Program-made: the position numbers and the translations under genes | The notes under the pieces: model-generated | Told to the model about the DNA's origin: nothing | The model's database searches: none | What the model saw: only the letters and a program-made list of their open reading frames with translations | Shown: positions 45,487 to 55,200 of the stretch, one piece after another | Layout of the letters: the number at the start of each line of letters is the position of its first letter | How positions within the stretch are numbered: the first letter of the stretch is position 1 | Origin: Clostridiales bacterium | Lineage (GTDB): Bacteria; Bacillota; Clostridia; Oscillospirales; Oscillospiraceae | NCBI GenBank assembly: GCA_004556205.1 | Contig: SFIL01000016.1 | Location: 3,898-67,897, forward strand | Direction: 5' to 3' | DNA length: 64,000 nucleotides

Positions 45487-47237
45487 TCTGCCAGCTCCTC
45501 CTTTGAAAGCTGCGAGTACGCGATTTGACGGTAGACCTCGCAATTCTTCATCAGCTCCGCGTGCGTACCGATGCCGGCAATCTTGCCCTCATCGAGAACA
45601 ATGATGCTGTCGGCATCGCGGATCGTGCCGATGCGCTGCGCAACAATCAGCTTGGTGCTGTCGGCGCAGTCCTTCGCCAACTGCCTGCGCAGCTCGCGGT
45701 CGGTCTTATAGTCCAGCGCGGAGAAGGAATCGTCAAAAATAAGAATTTCCGGATGTCTGCATACCGCTCTCGCGATGGAAAGCCGCTGCTTCTGGCCGCC
45801 CGAAAGATTGCTGCCGCCCTGCGCGATGTAGCCGTCGTAGCCCTCGGGCAGCTTTTCGACGAATTCCGCCGCCTGCGCGGTATAGACCGCCTCGACGACC
45901 TCTGCACTCTTTTCCTTTTCGCCGTTGCCGAAGGCGACATTGCTGCGCACCGTGCCGGAGAACAGAATCGCCTTCTGCGAGACATAGCCGATCTTATCGC
46001 GCAGAGCCTCCTGCGTATAGCTCCGCACATTCATTCCGTCCACCAGAATTTCACCCTCGGTTGCATCGTAAAAACGCGGGACAAGATTGACGAGGGTGCT
46101 CTTACCGCTGCCCGTGGCACCGATGATGGCAACAGTCTGCCCACGGTGCGCGGTAAAGCTGATATTTTGCAGCATATCATGCTCCGCTTCGGGATAGCGG
46201 AAGCAGACATTGCGGAATTCGATTTCGCCCCGCACGCCCACACCCGTGTCCCTTACCGTGCCGTCCTCGATGGAAAGCGGCGTGTCCAGTACCTCCAAAA
46301 TACGCTTGGCGGATACCGAGGCGCGCGGGAGCAGGATAAAAATCATCACGAGCAGCATAAATGCCATGACAACCTGCATCGCATACTGGGAAAACACAAT
46401 CATCTCCGAAAACAGTGTGAGCTTTTCCGTCATCTGTGCGCTTTCAATCAGCGCCGCGCCAAGCCAGTAGATCGCAAGGCTCAGTCCGTTCATCACAAGC
46501 ATGACCGTCGGCATCAGGATCGACATTGCTCTGCCCGTAAACAAGTGCGCAGCGGTCAGCTTTTCGTTGCTCTCGTCAAATTTTTTCTCCTGATAGCTCT
46601 CGGCATTGTACGCGCGAATGACGCGCAGACCGGTTAGATTCTCTCTTGTGACGCGGTTGAGATCATCCGTCAGCCGCTGGAGCTTTTTGAATTTGGGCAG
46701 TACAAGTACGATGGCAAGCGTTGCAACAACGATCAAAATACCGATGGCTGCGGCGGTGGAAAGCGTCCACTCCGCACTTTTGCTCGAAATCTTCGTAATC
46801 GCCCACGTTGCCAAAATCGGCGCTTTAATCATGGATTGCAGACCGAGCACAATCAGCATCTGCACCTGTGTGACATCATTGGTCGTGCGGGTGATGAGAC
46901 TCGCCGTGGAAAAGCGGCCGATCTCCTCCATGGAGAACGACTGCACCTTGGAAAACAGTTCCCTGCGCAGCGTTGCGCCGAAGTTCGTCGCGACCCGCGC
47001 CGCAAGCATCGCCACACCGACCGAGGAGAGCAGGCTGCCAAGGGCGCACAGCAGCATCTTGCCGCCCGCGAGCAGCACTTGACGCATGAAACTGCCTTCC
47101 GTCTGCACGAGCGTCGTAATCTCTGACATATAATCCGGCATCCGCAGATCAAGCCATACCTGAACGACAATAAAGCCGACAGCGCAGGCGATCAGCCCCC
47201 AGTCCTTCTTTTGCAGGTTTTTTAAGATCTTAACCAT
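45483..47237 (-). CDS. heterodimeric ABC exporter, subunit A (TMD-NBD, degenerate site)
   Basis: GATGSGKST, LSGGQKQR, IFDDSFSALD, VAQRI. Confidence 0.92.
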   Translation of the reverse strand: MVKILKNLQKKDWGLIACAVGFIVVQVWLDLRMPDYMSEITTLVQTEGSFMRQVLLAGGKMLLCALGSLLSSVGVAMLAARVATNFGATLRRELFSKVQSFSMEEIGRFSTASLITRTTNDVTQVQMLIVLGLQSMIKAPILATWAITKISSKSAEWTLSTAAAIGILIVVATLAIVLVLPKFKKLQRLTDDLNRVTRENLTGLRVIRAYNAESYQEKKFDESNEKLTAAHLFTGRAMSILMPTVMLVMNGLSLAIYWLGAALIESAQMTEKLTLFSEMIVFSQYAMQVVMAFMLLVMIFILLPRASVSAKRILEVLDTPLSIEDGTVRDTGVGVRGEIEFRNVCFRYPEAEHDMLQNISFTAHRGQTVAIIGATGSGKSTLVNLVPRFYDATEGEILVDGMNVRSYTQEALRDKIGYVSQKAILFSGTVRSNVAFGNGEKEKSAEVVEAVYTAQAAEFVEKLPEGYDGYIAQGGSNLSGGQKQRLSIARAVCRHPEILIFDDSFSALDYKTDRELRRQLAKDCADSTKLIVAQRIGTIRDADSIIVLDEGKIAGIGTHAELMKNCEVYRQIAYSQLSKEELAE

Positions 47238-47274
47238 TGCTTCAGATTCCTTTCCGAATACACTGTATGCCGAA

Positions 47275-47307
47275 ATTATATCCTCGGAATCTAAACTGAA
47301 ACGAAAC
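47275..47307 (-). promoter_or_regulatory. candidate OmpR-type binding site and -10 of the ABC exporter operon
   Basis: Minus strand GTTTCGTTTC-A-GTTTAGATTC (11-bp period) followed by TATAAT at 47275-47280. Confidence 0.55.
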
Positions 47308-47465
47308 AATCCGAACGGAGGAAACCGCTTCCCTCCGTTCGGATTGTTTCATTCTGCATCTGTCGGGCGGGGCCGCGTCCCCGCCTGACATTGGTGTTTC
47401 ATAGCAAGGATAGGCTGCCCCATTTGTCATTGCGAAGCCGGTGCGCACACCGGCTGTGGCAATCC
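47302..47465. repeat. terminator-like hairpin, family B-like palindrome and family A unit
   Basis: GAAACAATCCGAACGGAGG...CCTCCGTTCGGATTGTTTC (47302-47350); palindrome 47361-47390; family A 47425-47465. Confidence 0.7.
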
Positions 47466-47494
47466 TGTGCAGGCATCGCTCGTGCGTCGCGATC

Positions 47495-48241
47495 TTACTT
47501 TTTCTCTTTTTTCTTCTTTTTCTCGTTTTTCTCCAATGAGTCACGCAGGCTCTTCAAATGCTCCGACAGCGGGACCTCCGAGCGCAGCGGGAAGAGGAAG
47601 CGCGGGCGCTGCTTCCGCTTGTCCTGCATACTGCGAACATAGGCTTTCAGATGCTCGTAGCGCACGATGACCTCGTTGCTCTTTGCAAACGCGCGAATGC
47701 GGCTGACAAGGTGCGTAGAATAGACGACGTCGATCAGGAACACGCCGAAAAACAGCCCGATGAAGAACGAAAACGCCAAATTCCGCGAAAGCCACACCAA
47801 GGCGTTAAGAATGTACGGGTGAATCAGGAAATAGTACGCCGCGCCGAGCACCGCCCAAATCAGCGAGAATTTTGGGCAAATCAGCCCTTGGATATTGCCC
47901 CACTCCTTGCGGTAGTCCCACAGGCGCACCTTGAAGACCTTCAGGCTTAGAATGCCTGCGATGTACTCGATCAGCGTCATACAGACTGCCATTGCGAGAA
48001 ACAGCAGTGTCTTGCTCCAAAACGGGCTGAGTCCCGTCTCCCGTTCGAGCGAGGCAATCAGGAATAAAATACAAAGTCCGAAGCCGTAAAGCGGGATATA
48101 CGGTCCGATGCAGAAGCCCGGGTTGATCCACTTGCGTTCGGGATTTGCAGAGGAGATGAAGCGCCGGAAGAGCAGCTCCGCCACCCAGCCGAGCGTTGCG
48201 CCGATAAAAAACAGAAATGCCAGCACCAACCACACATTCAT
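47495..48241 (-). CDS. putative ABC-transporter permease-family membrane protein (CmpB/TMEM229-like)
   Basis: LGWVAE, NPGFCIGPYIPLYGFG, IEYIAG, LWDY, NIQGLIC. Confidence 0.82.
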   Translation of the reverse strand: MNVWLVLAFLFFIGATLGWVAELLFRRFISSANPERKWINPGFCIGPYIPLYGFGLCILFLIASLERETGLSPFWSKTLLFLAMAVCMTLIEYIAGILSLKVFKVRLWDYRKEWGNIQGLICPKFSLIWAVLGAAYYFLIHPYILNALVWLSRNLAFSFFIGLFFGVFLIDVVYSTHLVSRIRAFAKSNEVIVRYEHLKAYVRSMQDKRKQRPRFLFPLRSEVPLSEHLKSLRDSLEKNEKKKKKEKK

Positions 48242-49305
48242 GTCCGTTTTCCTCCCTTTTTCTGTTCTGCGGGGAGCGCAACCGTGAAGATCGTCTCGCC
48301 GTTTTCGCTATGCACCGATACCGTTCCCTGATGCAGTTCGACCACACGCTTAACGATGGCAAGTCCGATGCCATTGCCCTCTGACGAGTGCGACGCGTCC
48401 GCCTGATAGAACTTATGGAAAACCTTCTCCTGCTCCTCGGGCGTGATAGTGCTTCCGGCGTTGTGTACGCTGACCGAGAGGCGCCCCGCTTGCTCCGTGA
48501 TGCGCACGGCGACCGTACCGCCCTGCGGCGAGAACTTGATCGCGTTGTCAAGCAGATTGATCCATACCTGTTTTAGCAGCTCCTCATTCGCCGTGATGCC
48601 ATGCTCCCCAAAGTCGAGCTGCCATTGGAGCTGCTTTTTCGACCACTTCCTCTCGAGCAGAAGAATGCTTGCGCGAAGCTGCTCGGAGAGATTATATTCG
48701 CTGACATCGGTGAGAATGCTTTGATTTTCAACCTTCGTCAGATTCAGCACATTGGTTGCCATATACGAAAGCCGCAGGGATTCTTCTTCGATAATATTGA
48801 GATATTCCGCCTGCTGCGCCGCGCTTAAATTGCCGCGCTTGAGCAGCTTGGCAAAGCCCGCGATAGAAACGATCGGCGTTTTGAACTCGTGGGAGAAATT
48901 ATTGATAAAGTCCGAACGCAACAGCTCGGTATTTTGCAGCTCCTGCGCCATCTTGTTGAAGCCCTCGGACAGCTCCACGTAGGCGGGAAAGCGTGCATAA
49001 GGCTCGTGAAATTCCAGCCGCGCCTGCAAATCGCCCGCAGCAAGGCGCTGCATCTGCGCAATCAGCACACGGATCGGCTTCAAAGCAAAGCGTCCCGACA
49101 CTGCCGCGAGCACCGCGCCGATGAGTAGACTTGCGCCCGCCATATAGAATACCGCATAATACATTTTCGGCGGCGTGGACAGCACGCCCGTCCGCACAAG
49201 CAGGAACACCGCGCCGCCACCCAGCAGCAGCGCAAAAAACAAGACAAGGAAAACCAGTGCCGACAGCAGCACCGTCACCGTCAAACGTCCTTTAATCCGT
49301 TTCAT
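48238..49305 (-). CDS. sensor histidine kinase (HAMP, HisKA, HATPase)
   Basis: SHEFKTP, NLLDNAIKF, FYQAD, GNGIGL. Confidence 0.93.
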   Translation of the reverse strand: MKRIKGRLTVTVLLSALVFLVLFFALLLGGGAVFLLVRTGVLSTPPKMYYAVFYMAGASLLIGAVLAAVSGRFALKPIRVLIAQMQRLAAGDLQARLEFHEPYARFPAYVELSEGFNKMAQELQNTELLRSDFINNFSHEFKTPIVSIAGFAKLLKRGNLSAAQQAEYLNIIEEESLRLSYMATNVLNLTKVENQSILTDVSEYNLSEQLRASILLLERKWSKKQLQWQLDFGEHGITANEELLKQVWINLLDNAIKFSPQGGTVAVRITEQAGRLSVSVHNAGSTITPEEQEKVFHKFYQADASHSSEGNGIGLAIVKRVVELHQGTVSVHSENGETIFTVALPAEQKKGGKRT

Positions 49306-49976
49306 ACCTTTTTGACCGCCTTATAGCCCAGTCCGCGCACGGACTCGATCTCAAATTCCTCCCAGCCCTCAAACCGCTTGCGCAGGCGTCCGATATGTAC
49401 CGTCACCGTCTCCCAGCCTGTCTCGCTGCTTAAGCCCCAGATTTCGTCCATGAGCTGAATGCGCGTGAAGATCTTCCCCGGGTAGGACAGCAGCTTATAA
49501 AGAAGCTGGAATTCCTTCTGCGGCAGTTCCTGCGTCTGCCCCGCGCGGCTGACGGTCAAGGAATCATAGTCGAGTGTCACATCTCCGATGACAATTTTGC
49601 GCTCACTGGCGATTTTCGCGCGGCGCAGCAGGGCGCGGATGCGCAAAAGCAGCTCCTCCTCGTCGAGCGGTTTGGTCATATAGTCGTCCGTGCCGACCAA
49701 AAAGCCCTTATGCTTATCCTCGGGAAGCTGCTTTGCGGAGATCATCAGAATCGGCAGCTCGCTCTGCGCCGCACGAAGGGTCTTTGTGAACTCATAGCCA
49801 TCCATTTTCGGCATCATAATATCCAAAACGACAAGGTCGATGTGCTCGCGATCCATGACCTCGAGCGCGTCCTCGCCGTTTTCCGCCGTAAAGACGGTGT
49901 AGTTCTCAGCCTCCAGCACTGCCTGCAGCAGCCGTCTGGTATTTTTGTCGTCGTCCGCGACAAGAATGTGAAACAT
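49302..49976 (-). CDS. OmpR-family response regulator (HssR-like)
   Basis: ILVADDD, LDIMMPKMDG, DDYMTKP, VHIGRLR, VRGLGYK. Confidence 0.93.
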   Translation of the reverse strand: MFHILVADDDKNTRRLLQAVLEAENYTVFTAENGEDALEVMDREHIDLVVLDIMMPKMDGYEFTKTLRAAQSELPILMISAKQLPEDKHKGFLVGTDDYMTKPLDEEELLLRIRALLRRAKIASERKIVIGDVTLDYDSLTVSRAGQTQELPQKEFQLLYKLLSYPGKIFTRIQLMDEIWGLSSETGWETVTVHIGRLRKRFEGWEEFEIESVRGLGYKAVKKV

Positions 49977-50141
49977 CAGATCACCCCGTATCCCATAATA
50001 CCGGTTCAGAAACCGCCTCCATAATAGAATTATAGCATAGCCGTTCTGCTTTTTCCACCGGCTTTCGTGCTTTCTCTCTTTTTTCCTTGCCAAACCGCAT
50101 CCAAAGCGCTATGATAAGAAAAAAGGAAACGGAGGTGCACG

Positions 50142-50813
50142 ATGGAACGCATTCTGCTTGTAGAGGACGACGGCGCGATCGTCGCGGCGCTGTCGCAGTT
50201 TCTGCTCTCCGAGGGCTTTGTCGTGCAGACTGCCTCGGGGCAGGCGGAGGCGCTTGCCGCCATCGAAGCGGCGGAATTCGACCTTGTCCTGCTCGACGTC
50301 GGCTTAAAGGACGGCAACGGTTTTTCTGTCTGTTCGGCGGTCAAGCAGCGCACAAAGAGCGCTGTGATTTTCCTCAGCGCCTCGGGCGATGAATACAGCG
50401 TTGTGACAGGGCTTGACCTTGGTGCAGATGACTATATCGCCAAGCCTTTCCGCCCGCGCGAGCTGATCTCGCGCATCCGAAGCGTCCTGCGGCGCACGGG
50501 CAGGGCGCAGTCGATCATTGAGCTGGGCAGCGTCCGCGTGGATACCGGCCGCGCCGCCGCGATGAAAAACGGCGTCGATCTCAATCTCTCGGCGCTGGAG
50601 TACCGTCTGCTGCTGGTTTTCCTGAATCACCGCGGCATGGTTCTCAGCCGCGCAAAGCTATTAGAGGAGATTTGGGACGTCGCGGGCGATTTCGTCAACG
50701 ACAACACGCTCACGGTCTATATCAAGCGTCTGCGCGATAAGTTGGGGGACGATCCGCAGGAGCCGACGCTCATCCGCACGGTGCGCGGCGTGGGCTACCG
50801 TTTGGAGGGCTAA
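50142..50813 (+). CDS. OmpR-family response regulator
   Basis: LLVEDD, LLDVGL, ADDYIAKPF, NTLTVYIKRLR, VRGVGY. Confidence 0.93.
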   Translation: MERILLVEDDGAIVAALSQFLLSEGFVVQTASGQAEALAAIEAAEFDLVLLDVGLKDGNGFSVCSAVKQRTKSAVIFLSASGDEYSVVTGLDLGADDYIAKPFRPRELISRIRSVLRRTGRAQSIIELGSVRVDTGRAAAMKNGVDLNLSALEYRLLLVFLNHRGMVLSRAKLLEEIWDVAGDFVNDNTLTVYIKRLRDKLGDDPQEPTLIRTVRGVGYRLEG

Positions 50814-50815
50814 AA

Positions 50816-51805
50816 ATGCTGCGAAATCCCGAGATCCGTCGAATGCTTGCAATCGCCGTGCCGCTGTGCGCGGTGTTTACCGCGCTCTGCCTTTGGCTCG
50901 ATTTTCGTGCTGGGCTCTTGACCGCTGTCTTGAGTCTCCTTCTTATCACGCTGTATCTCTTGGGTGCGCACAAGCGCTACCGCATGATGGCGCGTTTGGC
51001 AGAGGACATCGACGCGGTGCTGCACGGGCGGCGGGACATCAGCTTCGCGCAGTACACCGAGGGCGAGCTCAGTCTTCTGCGCAGCGAGCTGCGAAAAATG
51101 ACCGTTCGGCTCACCGAGCAGGCAGAGCAGCTTCGGGAGGAAAAGGTGCAGCTTGCCGAGTCGATGGCGGACATCTCACACCAGATGCGCACACCGCTTA
51201 CTGCGGTCAATCTGCTGCTTGCGGGACTGAGCGACCCAGATGCCACGGAGGAAGCGAGGCGAAACAGCCTCCGCACTCTGCGCCGGCAGATGCAGCGTAT
51301 GGACTGGCTCGTCAATTCGCTGTTGAAGCTTGCCAAGCTCGACGCAGGCACGGTACAGTTTCGCCGCGAGCCCGTCGCGCTTTCGGCGCTGATTGCCCGC
51401 GCTGCGGAGCCGCTCTCTATCCTTATGGAGGTCAAGGGACAGCATCTTTGCGTGCAGGCGTCCGGCAGCGCGAATTGCGACGCCGCATGGACGGCGGAGG
51501 CCCTCGGAAATATTCTGAAGAATTGCACCGAACACATGGGCGAAGGTACAATTACGGTGACGGCGGAGGAAAACGCGGTTGCCGCCTGTATCTGTATCCG
51601 CGATGAGGGCGGCGGCATCGACCCCGAGGATCTGCCCCATCTGTTCGAGCGCTACTATAAGGGACGCAACGCCTCGGCGGAGAGCGTCGGCATCGGACTG
51701 GCGCTTTCGCGCTCCATTGCCGCCGCGCAAAACGGTACACTGACCGCCGCCAACGTCAAGGGCGGCGCAGAATTCACGCTCAAGCTATATAAAGGCACCG
51801 TATAA
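50816..51805 (+). CDS. intramembrane-sensing histidine kinase
   Basis: Two adjacent TM helices with almost no loop; ISHQMRTP, NILKNC, DEGGGI, GIGL. Confidence 0.92.
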   Translation: MLRNPEIRRMLAIAVPLCAVFTALCLWLDFRAGLLTAVLSLLLITLYLLGAHKRYRMMARLAEDIDAVLHGRRDISFAQYTEGELSLLRSELRKMTVRLTEQAEQLREEKVQLAESMADISHQMRTPLTAVNLLLAGLSDPDATEEARRNSLRTLRRQMQRMDWLVNSLLKLAKLDAGTVQFRREPVALSALIARAAEPLSILMEVKGQHLCVQASGSANCDAAWTAEALGNILKNCTEHMGEGTITVTAEENAVAACICIRDEGGGIDPEDLPHLFERYYKGRNASAESVGIGLALSRSIAAAQNGTLTAANVKGGAEFTLKLYKGTV

Positions 51806-51821
51806 AACCGCTGATTTCTAA

Positions 51822-51989
51822 GGAAGCTCTGAATAAATCCGCAAGAGCGGTCAGCGAGGGATTTTGTTCCGAATTGAGGTTTGAGAATCGCAGGAATACT
51901 TTGTGTATTTCAAGATTTTCATTAAAAAATAAGGAATCTCTGAACAAATTCCCGCAAAAAACGAAAACCATCGTTTTTTGCGGGAATTT
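51822..51989. repeat. family C MITE ends plus 19-bp perfect hairpin (bidirectional terminator)
   Basis: GGAAGCTCTGAATAAATC at 51822; GGAATCTCTGAACAAAT at 51933; stem 51946-51964 / 51971-51989. Confidence 0.7.
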
Positions 51990-52038
51990 TTATTATCTCC
52001 GAACAAATCGGCTGCAGTGCTCGCAGGCAGTCTCGGAA

Positions 52039-52284
52039 TCAGGAAGAAAAAACATTCTGATTCTCAGCAGGAGCGTGGTAGCACAAATAGTCATCCGGAT
52101 TGGGAGGAGAATCGTAGCAAATTTGGCTGTCATGAAACAGCGTCAGGCTGTAACCGGGTCCCGACAACGTAACGGAGCATTGGTTCTCGGCGAAATTTGC
52201 GATGCCCTCACAACCTGATGCAATCGACTGCGAAAGCATGAAATTCTCATAATAAAGTGCAGGCTTCTGATAATTCTTTCTCAT
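52039..52284 (-). CDS. 81-aa four-Cys peptide with YxxPxL leader motif, candidate RiPP-like precursor
   Basis: MRKNYQKPALYYENFMLSQSIASGC...CYHAPAENQNVFSS; GGAGG RBS; ATG overlaps the upstream TGA stop (ATGA). Confidence 0.75.
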   Translation of the reverse strand: MRKNYQKPALYYENFMLSQSIASGCEGIANFAENQCSVTLSGPGYSLTLFHDSQICYDSPPNPDDYLCYHAPAENQNVFSS

Positions 52285-55200
52285 TTTGTTGCCTCCGTAA
52301 CATTGCAATAACGCATCAGCATTGCGGCAGCCTGTGCGCGAGTGAGCGACGCCGTCGGCATGAGCAGCAGACGTTCTCCCTCTCCCGAGCCTTGCAGAAT
52401 GCCGCACGCCTCTGCCCAGCAGACAGCTTCCTCTGCCCATGCGCTGACCTCGTCACGGTCGGCAAAGCGGGTCAGGTCGCCGCGCTTCTCGGAAAGCTGC
52501 TTGCTGCACGCGTAGCGGTAAAGGACGGTCGCCGCCTGTTCACGCGTGACCTCTCCCGACGGGTCAAATCGACCGTTGCCGACACCGTTAACGATGCCCT
52601 CGCTCTGCGTCCATGCGACCGCCGCAGAGTACCACTGTCCGTCGGGCACATCGACAAATTCCGCCTTCGCAGGCACTTCAGGCTTACCCTCCAGGCGCCA
52701 CAGTACCGTGACGAGCATCGCGCGATCCATCGTCTCGTCCGGCGCAAAGGTATTTGCTCCGACGCCGTTCATCAGTTCGCGTTCAATCACAAAGTCAATT
52801 CCCTCATGCGCCCAGTCGCTCTCGGCAGGCACATCGGTATAATTGACGGAGGAGCAGGGCTGCTCCGCGCCGCAAAGGGTGCATACGCCGCCGGCAAAGC
52901 TGTGACCCAAAGCCTCTGTGACCGTCTGCTCTACGCGATACGCGCAACGCGTGCAGTGGAAGCCCTCCGTCAGGCCGCTCTGCGTGCAGGTCGCGGCAAC
53001 CGCCGCATCCGTCACGAGGTCATGTCCAAGAGCGGGAATCGCCACGCTGAAGCTGACGGCATACTCGCTGTCGGTATAGGTGCGGACGCCTGCCGTCGTG
53101 CAGGTCGGCTCGCTCGTTATCTCTACGGTATAGCGCGCGTCCGACAGCACGGACATTGCCAGTGTCTCGACCTCGCCGCAGTCAGCGCAGGTACAGGTGA
53201 GGATTCCCTCGTCCGTTTCCGTCGGCGCGGCGGTCACCGCATAAGTGAAGCGGTGATAGCACTTCGCCTGCAGGGAGGCGAGCTTCTGCGTCACGTGCTC
53301 GCCCGCCGCCTGCATCAGCGCAAGGTTCATACAAAGCTCTGCTTCCGTGGTCGGCTGACTCTTGTAGGTAATTTTCAGCGTTGTCAGCGTAATCGGCGTG
53401 TCGCCGGTGTTCGTCAGGACGATCGCCTGACTGACGGTGCCGCTCTCCTGCCATTGCAGACAGGATACGCCGTTCAGGTTCGTCAGCGAATAATACATAT
53501 CCGTATGCGTGCCGATTTGCAGATCATCTGTTGCAAGCGTATTGTTCTCCGTGTCCACGCAGGAGGCAGTCAGCGTACCCGTTTGATCGAAGGTCTTGAT
53601 GCCGATCTGCACGGAGGCGATGGACGCGCCGTTGCTCTCAAGCGCAAAGGCGACCGCCTGACGGCTGTTCAGATAGATTTCATTATTGGGACCGTAGCTT
53701 TCGTAATCGGAAACACCGCCGTTGTCCACGCCGTCAATAAAGCTGATGCCGTTGACATAGGCTTCGGCGTTGTCCGACGCGTCTTTGCCGAGAAGCTGCT
53801 TGCGCAGCTCAATGTACTGCGGCCAGCCCTCTCCGTCAAGAACATAGTAGTCGTCCATGTTCTGCACGGGGTTATAAACTCTTACAGCGTCAAGGTAGAA
53901 GTCATAGCTGCCCGCGCCGGTGTGGTCGAAGAACGGGATATAGGTCGGCGTGATGACAACAGTATAGGTGCCGTAGGGCAGTTCCGGACTCTTGATGACC
54001 GGAATCTGATAGAGGCTGTTGTCCGCGCCAGTTGCAGGCGTCCAGACGTAGTTCTCCTTATACTGCACATACACATCACCCGCCTGCGGGTTGGTGGGAA
54101 GCTCGACCGTCTCGTCAGCGCCCTTCTCCGCGACACATTCCTTGACGGCGCTCCAGCGCTCACCGTTGTACGTCCATGTGTACTTGACCCACGGGTTCTC
54201 TGTGTCTATCGTGCGTTCATAACCGTAATAGGTATCCACGACCCAGCTCTTGTAGACGGTGTCCGTTGTCGTGCCCTCGTAGACACGGCAGGTGATAAAG
54301 CCCGTCTGGTTGCTGGTCAGGCTGATGAGGTCAAAGCCCGTGCCGCTGAAGGTGAATTTGGCGGTCGGCCAGCTCCTGTTCTGCGTATAGGTATCGCTGC
54401 TGACGGTGGTCTTTACGGCTGAGCCGAGAGAATAGGTCGTGCAGGTGTCATAAGCGCCGTCGTAGCCATAGACATTGTCTGCGTCATAGTCGGGGAACTC
54501 GAAATCGCCCGGGCGATCCTCGCTCTGATGGGCGGACTGGCTCTCTCCGGCAGTCTCCCAGTTTCCTTCGAGGGCAATAAAGCTGTCCTCATAATAAATC
54601 GTTGTCGCAGGCGCGACGGTAACCGTGTCATAGAAATAGCGTACAGTATCGCCGTCGGTGTACTTCACCGCGTAGGCAAAGACCTCTTTATCCGACATCT
54701 GCATATTCGCGGGAGTATAGACCACTGCGTCGCCGCTGATCTCCGCCTTGCCGAAGAGTCCGGTATAGGTGCTTTCAAAGCCGCTTTGCAGCTCGTCGGT
54801 CGCCTCCGTGCTTGTCGGAACGGCGCCGATGCCGATCAATGTGCCCTTCGTACCGAAGGTGTCGTTGGCAAGCACATGGATATCGACGGGCAGACCGTAG
54901 TCCACGACCACCGTATCGGGAACGGTTTTGACGGGCGCTGTGTTGGTCATCGTGATCAGACCAGCGGTCACGCCGTCGTTGTTAGTGTAGGTAACGCCGT
55001 AATCCGCGCCATTGGTCTCCACGACATAATAGGTATAGGTATGGTCATAGGATTCGTCACTCAATGCGGTGGGAAGGTCAGTCAGGCTGACAAGCCAGCC
55101 GTTTGCAGCGTTCAGCGTAACGGTGGTATAGACGGTTTCCGTGACGGTTGTTTCTCCACCGGTCTCACCACCGCCCGTCTCTCCACCGCCTGTATCTCCA

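Noticed and set aside
53001..53012. CGCCGCATCCGT match to the 57-nt module
   Set aside because: Only 12 nt, inside the adhesin coding frame (TDAA), with no flanking similarity
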